The notes beneath the pieces were generated by a model. That model worked only from the letters and a program-made list of their open reading frames with translations, was not told where the DNA came from and searched no databases. Positions 58,201 to 61,177 of a stretch of DNA of 61,177 bases are shown here, piece after piece. Every line of letters starts with the position of its first letter. Position 1 is the first letter of the stretch. Location of the stretch: assembly GCA_000934665.2 (NCBI GenBank), contig JYFJ02000549.1, positions 62,001-123,177 of the forward strand. The letters are read 5' to 3'. This DNA comes from Catajapyx aquilonaris. Its lineage: Eukaryota. Made by a program: the position numbers and the translations under genes.

Positions 58201-61177
58201 ATTGAAGGTCGTGCCTTCCATGATGTTATGGTTCGAGGCAGACACTCCCACTCAGATATGGTAATATTATATTAGAGCCTATTTTTACAGTAGTACAGTG
58301 CGGCTAGGTAGTTGGTTACGACACACGCACTTGGAATGTAATTAATTTTTCTGCAGTCGTGCTTCAGTCGCCAATCAGGTCAGCATGATAAATATATCTG
58401 CAACAACTGCAAATAGCCGGGATAATCCGATTCTGGAATTTGAAACTTTATTTGGTGGTCGACCCCTGCACCACATAGCGCACCCTTTCGCGAAAAAGTT
58501 ACCGCACTTTTTTTTAACGCAAATATAGTCCTTGGTCAAAGACATTGCTTTGCTTCATTGCACATTTCCTGTGACCAGAGAGCATGAGAAAAGGGTTTAT
58601 TCCCAAGAATTTCTTCCTTTATAAAGAAGAGGAAAAATTCTGAGAGGATTTCCCTGGAAGATTTACACACCGTAAAACAAGACCTTATAACCTCAACCAG
58701 CACGCATTGTCCCTGAACTAGGCCTACTCTAGAATATCAGAGTATTCTGAACACTAATTTCAGATCACGTATTTGTAAGGCCGAGATTTTGTCGGTCACA
58801 GCTTACGGGACATAGCAAGTGGTCCACATGACAACGTACGAATCTTCGCGACGCATCGCAAGGAGAAGCGTGACATTGCTTTTGATGTGCTTTCTATTTC
58901 ACTAATCGGACCGTGCAATTGACGAGTGTCGAAGAGGCTACAATACTCATTGCCGATCCGTTAAACCGCACCTGAAAATGCGAGTGCAAAGAATGCAGTG
59001 AAACCTACGAAACGCTCCATCAAAAATGTGGGTCACGGTCTCTGCCACACAAGAGATCAACTTCTTACGGAATTCTTTGGCCCTAGAAAAAAGAGAAGTG
59101 ACAAATGACTTGTAAGGAAACCAAAATATCATCACAGCATGTGGCTGGACAGAAGAGTGCCAATGAAGCATGACTCGGAGCATCTGAGTCGGGAATAGAG
59201 GAAAAGAGCGGGACAGAATTAGTGAAGCCACGCATGAAACTCGCAAGAATGTCGATTGTTATCGTCGAAGCGTCGTCGCCAGCAGACCAGTTGAATTCCC
59301 TTGGACGAGCGGTAGTGTATCCGGCATCACGCAATGCTCATCAGGAAAAAGCCACAAGGCTTCCTACTTCCGTAATAACGTATCGGGCCACCGACCAGCG
59401 GCTTTAATTGGGCTTTGCGTTCAACATGGCGACAACATGGGCAAGGAGGTTCTGGGTATGGAGTTTTAAATTAATTACATACCACGTCGATGCGTGGCGG
59501 CTCTGATGATATTTATTTGAACTCGTGCGACAAGTCGGCGACCTTTGCGTGCTACTGCAATGGCTGAATTACACCTTCAAGGCTGATTTTATCATTTTGC
59601 TCAACAATCATTTGCATAATTATACCAGCTTTGATGCCAAGGATCCTGATTCTGAGTATAGCTGCGTGAGCTATGACATTTTATGAATGCCATTTGAGAA
59701 CATCACTGCGTTACGGGCTTGCCTCTTCGTGATGCTGCTGCTCCGGTGTTGATTTTGAAATACTCATGACTGAATTCGAGTAACAATAGGCTGATAAAGA
59801 GTTACTTCACAAAAGCAGGATTGCGCAATGAGTATTCACTCCGAAATTGAAGCTATACGGTATACCTCCAATTACCAATGACAATTTTAATAGTCTTATT
59901 GTTGTAGTTGACATTTTATATTTTGATTTTGTTTTTTGTGAGAATAAATGTATTGGGAACGGAGCTACTTAGTATACCTCCAATTGAATGTGCTCAAATT
60001 GTGACGTAATTTTAGCAAGTGTCTGAATGCCATGAACTGTTGAGTCAGGTGACATTTCAATGAGAATGTGTTGGAAACTATTATTATTCTGTGGCCGCAT
60101 ACCTACGTGCATATGAAGGAAGAGTCCTAACTACCCAAGTGAGTGTCGCCATTATATCTGCTCACCATATATGAATTCATTTTCATTCAGCACGCACCTA
60201 CACAGGCAGCCTGCACACATACACACGCACACACTTTTTGGGGGGTATATGATAGGTCGTTGCCTTGTCGTGTATGTTCCATGGCAGGACCTGACACCTG
60301 AGCACGGTATCATGTTACATTCTGTAATATTGGCCTTAAGTTATATGACGCAACCATATTCAGCAAATCCTACGTCCTATTTCCTCGACCCTCTCCCTCC
60401 ACCCCCTCCAACACAACGGTTGGTACCGTAGAAGCTGTCCTGCTGTATACTCGTACACTAGGAATCCCACGCAGTATGGGAACTTGCATCAACCGCCGTT
60501 TCTCCCACGCTGACAGTTTATGAAATACACTCAGGATTGCCCGCTATTAGGTAGCACTTTGCACAACGATGAGCATAAAAGTGTGCGAAAACCCCTTCGT
60601 ATTATTCAAATCTGCCTGAATCGTGATTTGCAGAGCACTTTAAATGGATTGCATCCTGAGATTATGGGTTTGATTAGAAAGTGCCCAGGGGGTACAGGCA
60701 GACCTTTAAAAAATAGGAAGGGGGGCGAAAAAATGGCGGGCGAAAAGTGATAGCAACTACAACCCCGCAAGGCCGACCTTTACGATATTGTGTGAGGCTG
60801 TTTAGTAGTAGCTCCGGGCAAACTATAGGAAGATTTTTATTGCACAGCTTTAAATATTCCTTTGTCTTGTTTTATTGCAACCATCTCATCTTGCAAAAAA
60901 TGTAAGTTAACCCCATATAATCATTTGAATGAGTTCAAATTTGGGAGCTGATGGGGGGAAAAAAATTACAAGTAATTATTGACATTGACGGGAAATTGCT
61001 GTCGTTAAAGGTTTCTCACGTGGAGGAAAAATGGAAGGCGATGATAAATGAACATACAACTACTTGACACTGCCTATGATCAAGATGGATAAACAGGGTA
61101 TGGTGGCAAAACTGGGGCCGTTTTCCCTCTAGCGGGGTGTGAGTGTGATGTAAGGTCTGGCCGCCAGAGGCGCAGCT

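Noticed and set aside
1..61177. CRISPR arrays, operons, rRNA or prokaryotic defence systems
   Set aside because: No regularly spaced direct repeats or long uninterrupted ORFs; the architecture is spliceosomal and eukaryotic.

Overview
Eukaryotic, intron-rich invertebrate DNA (the protein motifs look arthropod-like; this is an inference). Positions 1-17.4 kb on the + strand hold the 3' part of a Rab11 family-interacting protein 3/4 gene (Drosophila nuclear fallout, nuf, type). Ten coding exons (1689-1784, 2189-2278, 2780-2827, 3555-3590, 7279-7393, 12621-12724, 12990-13130, 13241-13620, 13727-13860, 16348-16470) splice in frame with GT-AG ends and finish in the FIP Rab11-binding domain; the usual N-terminus lies upstream of the window. 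The gene has candidate internal first exons, including one (ATG 1441) that would add a hydrophobic membrane anchor and one (10351-10560) giving a coiled-coil+RBD-only isoform. About 26 kb with no recognisable gene follows, containing tRNA-derived SINEs (one V-domain SINE with a 19-bp TSD and a pogo/Tigger-type MITE nested in its ATT tail), hAT and Tc1/mariner MITEs, and decayed transposon fragments. From about 43.2 kb a second + strand gene appears to start; its signal peptide (MAPLQRLFLW/VTLLFSVTKA-QLITT) is split over two microexons 11.7 kb apart, and its identity cannot be determined here. Two isolated tRNA-like cloverleaves with elongated anticodon arms lie at 7121 and 33723. No CRISPR arrays, rRNA or prokaryotic systems were seen.
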